Notes: generated from the letters alone by a model not told the origin. Positions 50,846 through 62,507 are shown, counted from the whole stretch's first letter. The stretch: 63,930 bases of DNA, filler included, from Reticulomyxa filosa (GCA_000512085.1; 26 parts of 26 records of this genome joined end to end with filler, not necessarily neighbours in it), one strand, 5' to 3'. Program-made: numbers and translations.

Positions 50846-52966
50846 AAAAGTTGTTACTGAATAAATATCAAAAAAAAAAAGAAAGAAATTGCTAACACAC
50901 TGATAAGGTTAAAGTTAAAGATTGTTTTGTTGGAGGAAAATGATTCTTTCGTTAGGAGTGAGGACTTCTCCTGTAATTAGTAGAGCATTGTCCTACATGA
51001 TATTGAATATTTCAAGTGATATCTATTTTTTTATGATAGAAATGAAGAATTTGAAAAGAAAAAAAGATGAAACAACAAACATTATTGTGAGATGTCAGCC
51101 AGAAAAGAGTTCGCACTAAATGTAATACGAAAGGGTTTTCAACAAACAAGTAAATTAAAACAAATTAAAGAGAAATAACACAAAAAAGAGGAAAAATAAA
51201 ACAAGGCAAAGTGAAGAAGGTTGTAAAAGAAGTTTAACCCACTGAGGATTTTCCTTGGGTCCTCCCAAGTTCAAGCCTTTAGAATATGGACTTGTACTAC
51301 ATTATCATGATAATTTTTAATTTAATAAATGAATACATACTGTTTTTGAAATGAAAGTTTCTAAATTTATATTGATTGTGATTGATATTATTCAAAAAAA
51401 AAAAAAATGACGGACCTAACCACAAAAACTATCCTCTCTGCAGCCAGAGCAAGTTTATCGTACCTGTGTAGTGGATACATGAGTCATAATTGACTCTAGA
51501 GTTGTAATAACTCAACTCATAAATTTCTTGTACGTTTTCGTTTAGCTTAACTCTCTACACCTGGTCCAAAAAGGATATGACACTAACAATAAACGAAAGA
51601 AAAACGTACAAACAATTTCTAAAAGAAAATAAATTTTTCCCTTATAGTTGCTGGTGATTGTTGTCACTTACTTGAACTTTGTAATGTTAACTGGTTTTAG
51701 TTAGGTGTGGATTTTCTGATGCTGGAAGAGGTGTACAAACTGTAATACGAAAGTTTTTTGCTCTTTTGACCAATTTAAAACAAAAGAGTAATAAATTAAA
51801 TAAAAGAGAAAACAAATAACAAGATTCAACAAGTGAAAGAGGAAAGATAAATCGTGAAAGTGAGTAGTGTGTTGTTAGAATAAAGGGGGTTCCAAAAATT
51901 TACTTGGATTTTGCGAGAATTGCTTATTACGACATATCATGAGTACTACAATAGTTTTGCCTGCTTTCACTGCAAATATTGGTTCACTAACTGATTATCA
52001 TTGTTTAATACAAGTTGTATATATTTTGCATATCTTGTGTAGGAATAGTGATACGACTAATTGTAATACGAAAGGAACTTAGTTCCAAGAAATTAAATTA
52101 ACAAAGATAATTTCAATATAACAGAGGAAAACACAAAAGTGAGTTGTGTTATGAAGAAAGGTTTTTAACCCACCGGGAGGGTCCCACCGTTGCATTAGTA
52201 TTTGAGATTGTATAATATGGATTTGTACTGGTTTTAGTTAGTTGTCGATTCTAGTTTTATCTGTTTTCGCTGTTTTTGCTTAAGATTAGTGCAAATGTTT
52301 GTTCACTCTGTATGAAGATTGAGGTAGCACCAAGTGTAATAAGAAAGTAATTACTGAAAAGTGTTTTCAAAAGTAGTTGAAATAATCAAGACAAACAGAA
52401 AAACAGAAAAATGAAAGAAGAAAAACAGTGAATGTTTGTAGGGCAAGTATCTACTATAAATACTTGAACGTAAATGGAACTGAGTAATCCCTAGTATGCT
52501 AAACTTTCTTCACAACTGACTTCTTTCTCCTTTGTCTCTTTCCTTTCATTTCTTCTCAATTTACGTTTTACTTATTTAATTTAATTTCGTTTCACGGAAT
52601 TTACACTTTCTTTAAGTAGCAAACTTCTCGTATTACAGTTAGTATGGACTGTTAGAAGCAGACGTCCCACAGATTATTAAGGAAAAAAGGATTCCCTCGT
52701 TTATATGAAGCTTCTCCTGTAATTAATAGATCATTGTACTACAACTCACTGATTATCATTGTCCAATATAAGCTTGTATGTATTTTGCATGTCTTGTTTT
52801 TGACTTATACATATTTTTCAGTTATAACTTTGTTCTACTTGAATGAGAGTGACTTTAAGTAAAACAAAGTGAATTAAATAATAAATCAAAATGACAAAAA
52901 GGAAAGTAAGAAAGTAAGAAGCACAGTAAGATAAAAAAGAAAGTTGATACCTAAAATGCCACCTTA
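50846..52966 (-). mobile_element. Nested array of diverged copies of an LTR-like TGTAG...TATTACA element
   Basis: Minus-strand copies at 50846-50997 (partial), 51121-51301, 51741-51950, 52062-about 52229 and 52335-52743. The last is interrupted by an opposite-orientation copy at 52437-52680. Shared ends read TGTAATACGAAAG...TGT(A/C)CTACA on the + strand. Confidence 0.7.
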
Positions 52967-53066
52967 NNNNNNNNNNNNNNNNNNNNNNNNNNNNNNNNNN
53001 NNNNNNNNNNTTAATTAATTAANNNNNNNNNNNNNNNNNNNNNNNNNNNNNNNNNNNNNNNNNNNN

Positions 53067-54110
53067 CAAATGTTCTACTGCCACTGGAATGAAGAAAGAA
53101 ATTGAAAATGATAGTCCTTTACCTCCTATATCTGTTTCAACTTGCAAAAGAACTCTTTATCGTGCTGGATTTCGTGGAAGATCAAAAATAAAAAAATCAT
53201 ACCTTAAGAAAATATATCGTCAAAAACGTTTAATATTTGCTAAATTATAAAAATTGTACAATTGAAGAATGGAAGAAGGTGGTGTGGTCAGACGAAAGTA
53301 AGGTAAGTGTTTTTGACTCAAATGGCCTGCAGTATTGCTGGAGAAAACGTGGAGAACCAATTCAAGATAGTAATGTAATTCCAACAATAAAGCATAGTGG
53401 AGGATCTTTCATGATATGGAGCTGTATGACTTGGTATGGAGTCGGTTTTTTATGCAAAATCGATAATACTCTAGATGCTGCATTGTATCAAACAATTCTA
53501 GGGGATGAACTAATGAAAACATTAGAATGGTATCAAATGGAAAAACGTGATATCATTTTTCAACATGACAATGACCCAAAACATACAGCAAAATCTACAC
53601 AAAAATGAATTGCAAAAAATAATATTAATGTTCTTCAGTGGCCTTCACAGTCTCCAGATATGAGTATGATTGAACATTTGTAGAATGAATTAAAACGCGT
53701 ATTAAAAATCATAAAAATCACCCGACATCAATCCAAAGCTTGTGGGAGATTTCTCAAGATGAATGGGAAAAAATACATGTAGAATTTTGTCAGAAATTAA
53801 TTAGTAGTATGTCGGAGAGTGTTTTAGAACTGAAGAAAAAAAAAAGAAGTTATGCAAAATGGTAGTTTTTTATTTTTTTTAAAGTATTGTTTCTAGAAAA
53901 AGCGTATGTACGTAGTTAATAATTTTGAACATGAAATAGATTATAAATTATCAATATGAAAATCAAAAAATTGCATATTTCTAGAGTATAAATTTAAGAT
54001 ACAACTACTATAAATTTTCAAAAAATTATTTTTTTCGTTATGGAGATATTTGCATTTAAGTAAAAAACTTCAGAAAATTCGCAACATCTGAACACTTTTG
54101 ACCGCAACTG
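53067..54110 (+). mobile_element. Tc1-family DNA transposon (DD34E transposase pseudogene) with right TIR and TA target site; left end missing
   Basis: WKKVVWSDESK, WSCMTWYGVG, FQHDNDPKHT..WPSQSPDMSMIEHL (34 residues between D and E). Stops at 53606-53608 and 53681-53683 plus later frameshifts. The terminus reads TA|CAGTTGCGGTCAAAAGTGTTC on the minus strand (54110 inward; TA at 54111-54112). Confidence 0.93.
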
Positions 54111-54823
54111 TAGATAATTGACTTTCTTCATGAAAAAACAGCATTCAGACCTAATTTTTTTATTTTAAAAAATATTAATAATATTGTAGTTTTTAAATAT
54201 GATTTTGATTTTTTACTAAATCTTTACTAATTGCTTGAAAAATTGCATTCTTTTTTCGACAAAATTTTCGGTTTTATATAATTTTTTAAATTTCAAGCTT
54301 TTTGAAATTTTGCTATTTTTATTGTTATTTGACTGCTTCGTGCATTTTATTATTATTAATTTTTTCTTTTACATTGCAGCTTTTATTAAAGTTATTGTTT
54401 AAATTTTAGCTTTAAATTTCTATTTATGTTTTTAAATTTATGACATAACTTACATCTAACATGTTTAGTCAAATTAATAGTTCTACCAAGTTTTGCATCC
54501 ATTACTCAAATCATTCGCGGCTTCGCAATGTATTCTGTTCAAGGATGAACTCCTTATTTGTAGAGGCTATGAACTAACTCACACGTTAAGAATGGTGTAA
54601 ACTGTTTTTGGAAAAAGTTTAATAAAAAGTAATTTTTTGCCTTTTGAAAGTGACATTTTTGCTACATTTTTTTTTTCGCAATACAGTAGATTGCAAAAAA
54701 AACCGCCATACCTAAATGGCACTNNNNNNNNNNNNNNNNNNNNNNNNNNNNNNNNNNNNNNNNNNNNTTAATTAATTAANNNNNNNNNNNNNNNNNNNNN
54801 NNNNNNNNNNNNNNNNNNNNNNN

Positions 54824-54857
<34 letters not shown>

Positions 54858-54973
54858 GTATATACATATATTTATTTATTTATTTATGTATTTATTATTT
54901 TAATGTTATATGCGTATATGCTCATATGGCATATGGACATATGCTTGTGTTTGCACAATTGCTTTTGAACAAA

Positions 54974-56777
54974 GCTTGGATAAGTATTTGAGTGACAAAC
55001 TTCGACAATCGCAATTGAAACCCTTGGAAATTGGCGAAGTAAGTCTGACACTGGCAAAATTGATTCCGTTTGACAAATTATCTGCAACGGAGTGGTTTGG
55101 TGGGACGTCGGGGAATGTGTTTGATTTTATCGATGAACTGATCGATCAGCAAGTGCTGTTGAAAAGCAATGCAGACAATGTGGAGAATGCACTGTGCGTA
55201 GTGAATAATCTGGCACAGGCGTTGAGCGTGCTGTGTCAAAACGCTCAAGGCTTGAGAAAAACGCAAACAAAAGCGGAAGAGCAAGAAGCATTTGTGCAAA
55301 AGCACCTACTTAATCTCGCCGAGCATAGCCTGAAAATCACTGACGACAAAATCGTTATGAACTTTGCAAAGAGCGCAGCCGATAATGTTGGTTTGCAGCA
55401 AGGGTTAATATTGCATCGATATGGCCAAATACTCCACGCATTGGTTAATGTGAGAACGCAACAAAAGGAATACGTGGAATGGGAAAAAGATTTTAGCAAA
55501 TGGATTATCGAAATACCAAAAGTATGGAGTCCACACTTTGAAATATATATATATAAATATATATAAATATATATATATATATTTATATACAAATACATAC
55601 ATATATATGCATATATATATATACATATATGTATGTTTATATATATATATCTGGGTTTTTTTTTTACATTTGTGATAACATGAAGACTCAGGTCGGAGAA
55701 TATTTGTCATTCGAAGCGATAGTAAATTTATTGTGGGTATATGCGAACATTGACAACCAAACTTGGCACGACAAAGTGATAGAAAACTTGTTGCAAGGAC
55801 TGTCATATCACTTGACAAGCAAAAAAGAGTTGGTTCGATTGAAACTGTATGAGAGACATTATGCACCATTGACATACAAACTATTGGACAGTGTTTCATT
55901 ATTAGAGAGTAATCTGAAGGTGTTATCGGCCAACACGGACATAAGCAAAGAGCTGAGTCCTCAATTATTGGGTTTACTCATGTATCATCTCAAAAAAAAT
56001 TTCTTGCAAGTGAGCGGATATCAACAACAAATATTGTTGCGGTCTTTGTGTATTTTACAAAAAAAGACCACCCTTCGCCAAGGCAAAATTGAACCTGTTT
56101 CTTGGGAAAAAAGGTCGAATGCGCATGACAACAAGGAAATTAAGGAACCCACGCAAACCAAAAAAGCTACATCATCCAAGCAAGCCAAACAATTAGACAA
56201 TGAAAATCCTGTGTTTTCCGCACTCTCCTCTGAGAAGGACAACTACTTGAATCAAGTGTGGTATTATTTGTATCGCTATGACCGCGTTGGAGATGGCTTT
56301 AAAATGGTCGGCAAATACCACCATTTGCCAATGACCCATCCTGTGATGCGAGAGAAAATGCAGGAGTATGACCATAAAAGCATCCACGTGAGCAATCAAC
56401 AAATTGTGGAAAGGATTGAAGAAGCCAATGTAAAGAGTACCTATCCAAAAAAGGATATTCTCTATAATAGCTATCTTGCATCGAACTTATTTAATGCGTT
56501 GGACCATATGAGCAAAGGAAGCACACATATCCCTCCTCATTCCGAAAAAAAAATGGAAAAGGTTTTCATCAAATATTTAAGTCCGGAAGAAAAGAAACAA
56601 ATATTGTATCGCTTCATGTGTGATGCCGTTTTGGAAAAGTCCGACGCGTCGGGAAAAACACTTGGCTTGGTCTTTTGTGATGACAACAGAACCAATCATA
56701 TCAAAAGAAAAACTTACTATCAAAGCTTAGAAAACATGTTGGGAGGGAAAATTCATTCGTTTGTTGACGATTTCTAA
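54974..56777 (+). CDS. Helical-repeat protein with possible degenerate C-terminal RAP domain (FASTK/OPR-like organellar RNA-binding protein); 5' partial
   Basis: Two long ORFs joined in frame by intron 55522-55691. [16 protein letters not shown] resembles OPR/HPR repeats. The C-terminus [40 protein letters not shown] has RAP-like spacing. The gene is well supported; the family call is weak. Confidence 0.5.
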
Positions 56778-57242
56778 ATCGCGAACAAAACAAAATCTTC
56801 TTCCCCCCACCCCCCCCCCCCTCCCCCTTTGTTTCTCTCGACAATAATAATGACAAAAAAAAAAATAAAACAAAGTTTGTCCATTATGGAGGGGGAAAAG
56901 AGACAAAATAGAGACAGACTGAGGGAAAACAAATCCACTAATGGGGTTTGCTACATGCATACCGCAGAAAATGTTGTTTCTTTGTCTCTCTTTCATTTCT
57001 CCAAAAAAAGACTTTCGTTGATAAATGAAGTTATAAATGGTAGACTTTGTTCATGTTTTATTATGACAATATTTTTGTGTGAACTAACCTCACCGACCTC
57101 AGACTGTTTGGTTTATCGCTACTGTAACGACTGAAATCGCTTTCATCCAATTCTTTTGCTATATTAACAAATTTCACCAAACTTAAATGCAAAACAACCG
57201 CCAAAAGCTAAAAAAAGAGGGTACATATATATATATTGGAGC

Positions 57243-58680
57243 ATGTCAACGACCACAACAAAAAAAACATTTCAACTTGGAGCTCAACCACATTGGGCTG
57301 GACAAGAGGAAAATGCAAACTTGTCAACGGATTTGATCAAAAGTTTGTTGAATTCAGAATCGGCAAACGAGCAGCTGATAGAACGTGGATACTGTTTAAT
57401 CGAGGTTCCAAAGACATTAGAGGGGTATTACTCGCAGTTCCACGAATGTTGCGAAACATTTTTCAAAAGTAACAAAGAAAAAGAAAAGATCAAGTACGCC
57501 CAGTTGCAATTCGACCCAGACACGAACTCGCCAAATCAATGCCACGGATATTCGGCCGTGGATACGTTGAAAGAGCAGTTTATGATGCGTTGCATGGGCG
57601 ACATGACTAGCGAGACCACCTATTTGACGACATTGAAGACGCCGAGTTGTGGCAAAGACCACGATTTCGGGCTTGTGGGAATGAAGTTGTACGAGCACAT
57701 GGACATGCTTTGTCGCAAATTGGCGACCGACGTTATGAAGCAACTGAAGAAACCTGTTGAATGTGTGGGCGAGATATTAGGTTAACATTTTTATTTTTAT
57801 TTTTGTTGTTATCAATGTTCCTTGCACGTATACGTATTTTTTTTTTTTTTTTTTGAATTGAACCTCCCTTTTCAAACATATTCACACAACAACTTTATTC
57901 TTACAAACTACTTAAAATTTAGATCCAATTGGCAAAACCGGAGAAAAAGTAAAACGAATAGATGATTACTGTTTTTCTGAATTTGTACCGCCAGGTTTTT
58001 CCTTTTTTTTTTTCTTCCTCCCCCTCCCCCCCCCCCTTCTGCCCCTCTTGTAACTTTTTTTCTGAATGTAAATTACAGGATACATAAGCAGCTCGATAAT
58101 GGACATGTTCCATTATTACGAACCGTCGCATGAAAAGGAAGCGCGCTTCTACAACAACCACAGTGCTCATACGGACAGTGGACTGATGACGGTGGTCATT
58201 GTCACTGATGAACCTGGCTTGGAAGTGTATGATGCGAAATTAAAGTGTTGGGTTGCCATTGAGTCCCTGACACATCAGTACTTAGCTGAAACCAAACTCT
58301 CCTTGCAAAACCCACTCTATCATCGTCGTTTTGCTACTGTCTTCTGGTCTGACAGTGTCGAGTATTTGAACAATGTTGCATCTCGCTCCAATGTCACTTT
58401 GAAGCCGCTCTTGCATCGCGTCTCCGGATGCGAACGCGAACGGTTCAGTGTTGTCTTCAAGCAAAGAACTGCGCCTTTGAGGACTAGTTGTCGCTATCAA
58501 GAGGATTACGTATTGGCCAAATGCCAAATGCTTGTTGACAAACACAGCAAACACGCTCACACACTTGTTCAACCCAAATCTGATGTTGTCACTTGCAAAA
58601 AAATTTCTTTTTTCATTGCCATTTTCCTTGTGATACTTCTTATTGCAAAATATCTCTTTTCAAACTTGTCAATTTTTTAA
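57243..58680 (+). CDS. 2-oxoglutarate/Fe(II)-dependent dioxygenase (IPNS/DIOX-like) with C-terminal transmembrane segment
   Basis: Exons 57243-57780, 57923-57994 and 58079-58680. ERGYCLI; HTDSGLMTVV (HxD), PGLEV..W, LHRV, RFSVVF (RxS). Tail ISFFIAIFLVILLIAKYLF. Confidence 0.88.
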
Positions 58681-58853
58681 AACTTTTTGTATATTTTTTA
58701 AAAATGTTCTACCATGATTTTACTTTGCCCACACCTCTTCTTTTTCTCATCCTTTTCGTCAAGAGCAAATCAAAATTAATAACTGATAATTTTTTTAAAA
58801 AAGGGGGCAACACTTTGTAAAAAATTTTAAAAAGAAGGAAATTTGAATAATTA

Positions 58854-60464
58854 ATGGCTTTGAACATTTTATCTTTGATTGGGATAGCCATCCTGCTCTT
58901 ATTTATTTATCAAAAATTCCTGAAGAACTCGTCTAAAAATCCGTCAGTAGCAATTCTGGTAGTTGGGGACGTTGGGCGTTCTCCGCGAATGCAACGACAT
59001 ACAATATCATGTTTGCAAGAATTGCCAACCAAGTACGAGGTGCATTTAGTAGGATTTTTTGATTCATCGTTGATGTCAGATTTGACATCCGAAATGAAAA
59101 ATAAAAATACGCGATTGCATTGTCATCCTATCTGGCGATTTCCATTGAAGCCACGACAAACTCCACACTTTTTAGTGTATGCATTGTGCAAGATCTTGAC
59201 AGAGTTTATTTCATTGCACATATTGCTATTAAATCCAAAGATAATACCAAACCTGCATTATATGGTCCTGCAAAACCCACCGACAATTCCAGTGGCATTG
59301 ATAGCCAAAATCGTATGTATGATAAGGAAGTGCAAATTTGTGATCGATTGGCACAACTTTGGATTTTCGATCCTCAATGTGAAATCATCCTCGGCACAAA
59401 CAAACAAGAGCAAAGGTAAAAAGAATATCATTGTGGAAATCTATCGCAATTTTGAGCGATATATTGGAGGGTGTGCAGATCAGCATTTATGTGTATCCGA
59501 AGCAATGAGATATTTTTTAGTGGAGCAATGGCACTTTCCATCCTCCAACATGCACGTATTGTATGATCGACCAACCGACTTGTTTTTATCCAAACTAACC
59601 ATCGAAAAGAAGAAGCAATTGGACCAAGATTTGTTTCAACAGCTTGCCAAACACTTGCTCGTGCAACACACAGATACGTCGGCCATTAGCGATTTGAAGG
59701 GCCGAGATTTTTGGGTGATTACCTCCACCTCTTGGACTCCTGATGAAGATATCTCCATGTTATGGTCGGAGCATGTTTTGGATACTGTTCATTCTAAGCT
59801 TGCTGATACACGTATACGTTTTTTTGGAGTCTCTTTCATCCTTATGTAAATCATGACGTATAATATCAGCTCTTTTTTTTTTTTTTTTTTATAATAATAA
59901 AAAAAAGATCATGATAAACGCCGATTGGTAATATTCATCACTGGCAAAGACGAAGGAGAACTAAAACAAGAGTTTGAAAAAAATTGGAGGGCGATAGAGT
60001 CCAAAATGACAAATGTTCGAGTGGTGTTGCTATGGTTGGAGCGTTATGAATTGTACGTCCACTTGCTTCGTTGGTGTGATATTGGATTATGCTTTCACAG
60101 ATCTTCTAGTGGGCTAGATTTGCCAATGAAGGTGGTTGACATGTTTGGTATTGGTATTCCCGTCATTGCGTACGAATTTGATGAACAAAATATGCGTCGG
60201 GTTATGAAGTGGCATGTTGATGACAAAAATACAGAAAAGCACATTCAGACTGCTTTGCCTGAATTAGTCTCCCATGGCAAACATGGACTTGTTTTCTCAA
60301 ATTCCTCCGATTTAACTCAACACTTGTGCACTTGCTTTGATCCTACGTATCTGCACACTTTAAATGAATTTCGTCAAAATATTGAAACGGACTTTCGCTC
60401 TAAAAGTTGGGAAACTGACTGGCGTGAAATTGTCAAACCAATACTTTGTTCTTCAAATCAATAA
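58854..60464 (+). CDS. ALG1: Chitobiosyldiphosphodolichol beta-1,4-mannosyltransferase
   Basis: N-terminal TM segment; GDVGRSPRMQ, QNPPTIP, IDWHNFG, LCVSEAM, LYDRP, STSWTPDED; intron 59812-59907; ITGK, HRSSSGLDLPMKVVDMFG, ELV..GKHGLVF. Confidence 0.97.
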
Positions 60465-61077
60465 TTTTTGCATGTTATTATCTTCAAATTTTTTGTTTTT
60501 TTTGCTTTGGCATAAAGGAAAAACTATAATAAATACACATCTTAATTTTAAAGACAGCAGTCCATAAAATTATGTGAAATATACTATTTGAATTTTTTAT
60601 TTATTAAAAATTTTCGATTACGAATTATCCAACTACAGTAGAATGCAAAAGAAAGTTGACAAATAAAACTGCACTTTATGTTGATGATCGATTTTTTTCA
60701 TGAAGAAACAACGTACAGACCTATTTTTAAAAAAATTTACGAATTGTGTAGTTTTAAATATGATTGTTGTACTTATTATGTCTTTATTAATTGTGACTTG
60801 TAATTTAAAAATTTTCCTTGCATAATTCATTTTTGCTCAAGTGCTATTGGCAATTATAACAAGATAAAATATTGCTTGAAAATAGATAAACTTTCAAAAA
60901 AACTTAAAATTTAAGCAATTCTTTAAAAACGAAAAAAAATTAATTTTTTGGCAATAGTAAATATTTAATGAAAAACTAAATCATATTTAAAAACTACACA
61001 TTTGAAGATATTTTTTAAAAATAATTCTAAATACGCTTATTCATTGATAGAATCAATAATCCATATCAAGTGCCGTT

Positions 61078-62507
61078 TTATTTTATTTTAGTTGTAAAAT
61101 AATTTTTCAATTGACTACTTGCTTTATCGATAACTTGATAGTCAATTTTATAATTAGTAATGTATTGTCCCGCTTCACTTGCAAGAAGCTTGGTTTGTCT
61201 CGATACATTGGAGACACGCCAATGGTGATTCCAATTGCAAGTCTTTTTGATCAGCATCTGCATATGCTTGTTGCTGACAGTTCTCTCGGTCTCCATTCTG
61301 GTCCTGATCCTCTTCATTCATTTGCAGTCGATCTACGATACTGCTTCAAGTGGCTTGTCCAGCATCAGCGTGACTACCTGGATCAAATTGGAAAAGTAAA
61401 ACGCGTGTCTGCGTTGAGAGGGCTGATCGACCCCTTGACTTTTACCATCCAACGCTTGGCTGGTGCGCATGTACGCAAAGTACTCGAGCGCTTCTTCCAT
61501 TGTGACGTCGCGATATGCGTATACGATATAACTGGCCACCATCATGCCCGTCAGTCCCTTGCCGCCTTTGCAGTGGATCACGGCGACATTCTTTTCGCAG
61601 TAGCTCAGCCAAGTGTGTGCAAACTGCTCAAACTCGAACATGTCCGAGAGAATCGTTGGATGATGATCGGGCATGCACGTGCCGCGAATGACTGTCCGTG
61701 GAGCATCGCATCGTCGAGTGTTGCTCCTGCACCAAATCAAACACTAAGTAGTGATCGGCGCCGTGATACTGGTCTAAAAAGTTCGCCACTGCAGACAGGG
61801 AATTGTGATACAGAGACTCGATATACCCATCCTCCGGATACGACAGCAACATTACTTTCGGTTATATTACGTAACACAAGTCCAAGTCAAAATCTTTGTC
61901 AAAATACCACTGTCGATTTCGTTGCACCAGCAGGCGTACGGCCATGACAGTAGAATATAAAGAGCAATAGCACGGTCCAACACACGCTCGCATAAATAAT
62001 CAGACAATCCCAGAATTCCATTATCCCCCGACGCATATAGCAATACATGAAATAGACGCACGTTCGACTTCCAACAACCACATGCTCCACATGGCGTGCA
62101 TTTGCACCGCTTATAAGCTCTATTATTGATGTTGCTGCTACTTGAGGACTGTCAATGCAAACGAGTATCATATGCACACGCTCTCACACTCACAGCAAGC
62201 ATGTACAACATGAGGATACCAAGCGTTACTGTACACGATAGGATCCAATACTTATCTGTTTTATTCACAATGAACTTGCTTCTACACATTTCGCGCAGCG
62301 AACGTCAGTCAAAGCACAACAGCGAAAAATCTGTCAAAATCAACACGAACATCAGCACCGTCAGATACCACGAGTCCAATGTATAACGTAGGCAAGATTG
62401 ATTTATTGCACCATTACACATAGACTTCCCTTTGTTTTGCTTTTTCACGTGGTATGCCTTTAACACACATGCGCTGTTGCGCCAATTCTGTTTCTTATTT
62501 GGTGCAC
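61078..62507 (-). pseudogene. Voltage-sensor + PTEN-like phosphatase (VSP/TPTE-like) gene, decayed
   Basis: S1 LDSWYLTVLMFVLILTDFSLLCFD, S2 LGILMLYMLAVSVRACAYD, S3 MEFWDCLIIYASV. Then VRLLVQRNRQWYFDKDFDLDLCYV, ESLYHNSLSAVANFLDQYH..YLVFDL, PDHHP, HCKGGKGLTG and QGVDQPSQRRH. Stops at 62305-62307, 62152-62154, 61862-61864 and 61333-61335, plus several frameshifts. Confidence 0.85.

Noticed and set aside
50846-52966. Hammerhead ribozyme / Penelope-like repeats or a CRISPR-like array
   Set aside because: CGAAA is present but I could not find a properly placed CTGANGA core with pairing stems. Units are about 200 bp and diverged, unlike CRISPR repeats.
61111-61947. 278-aa plus-strand ORF
   Set aside because: Antisense shadow of the PTEN-like region with no motifs. 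The same applies to antisense ORFs over the formin, CCR4, PI3K and DnaJ genes (poly-L/V/C/I translations of repeats).
20030-62307. TGA/TAG at conserved Trp positions (WD40, Tc1) and in the VSP-like gene, suggesting stop-codon reassignment
   Set aside because: TGG is used for Trp throughout the intact genes, TGA terminates the SH3 gene, and the affected loci also carry frameshifts. Ordinary TGG to TGA/TAG decay explains it.
49257-62507. PI3K and PTEN-like genes as a linked signalling cluster
   Set aside because: They are on different contigs separated by linkers; proximity in the window is arbitrary.
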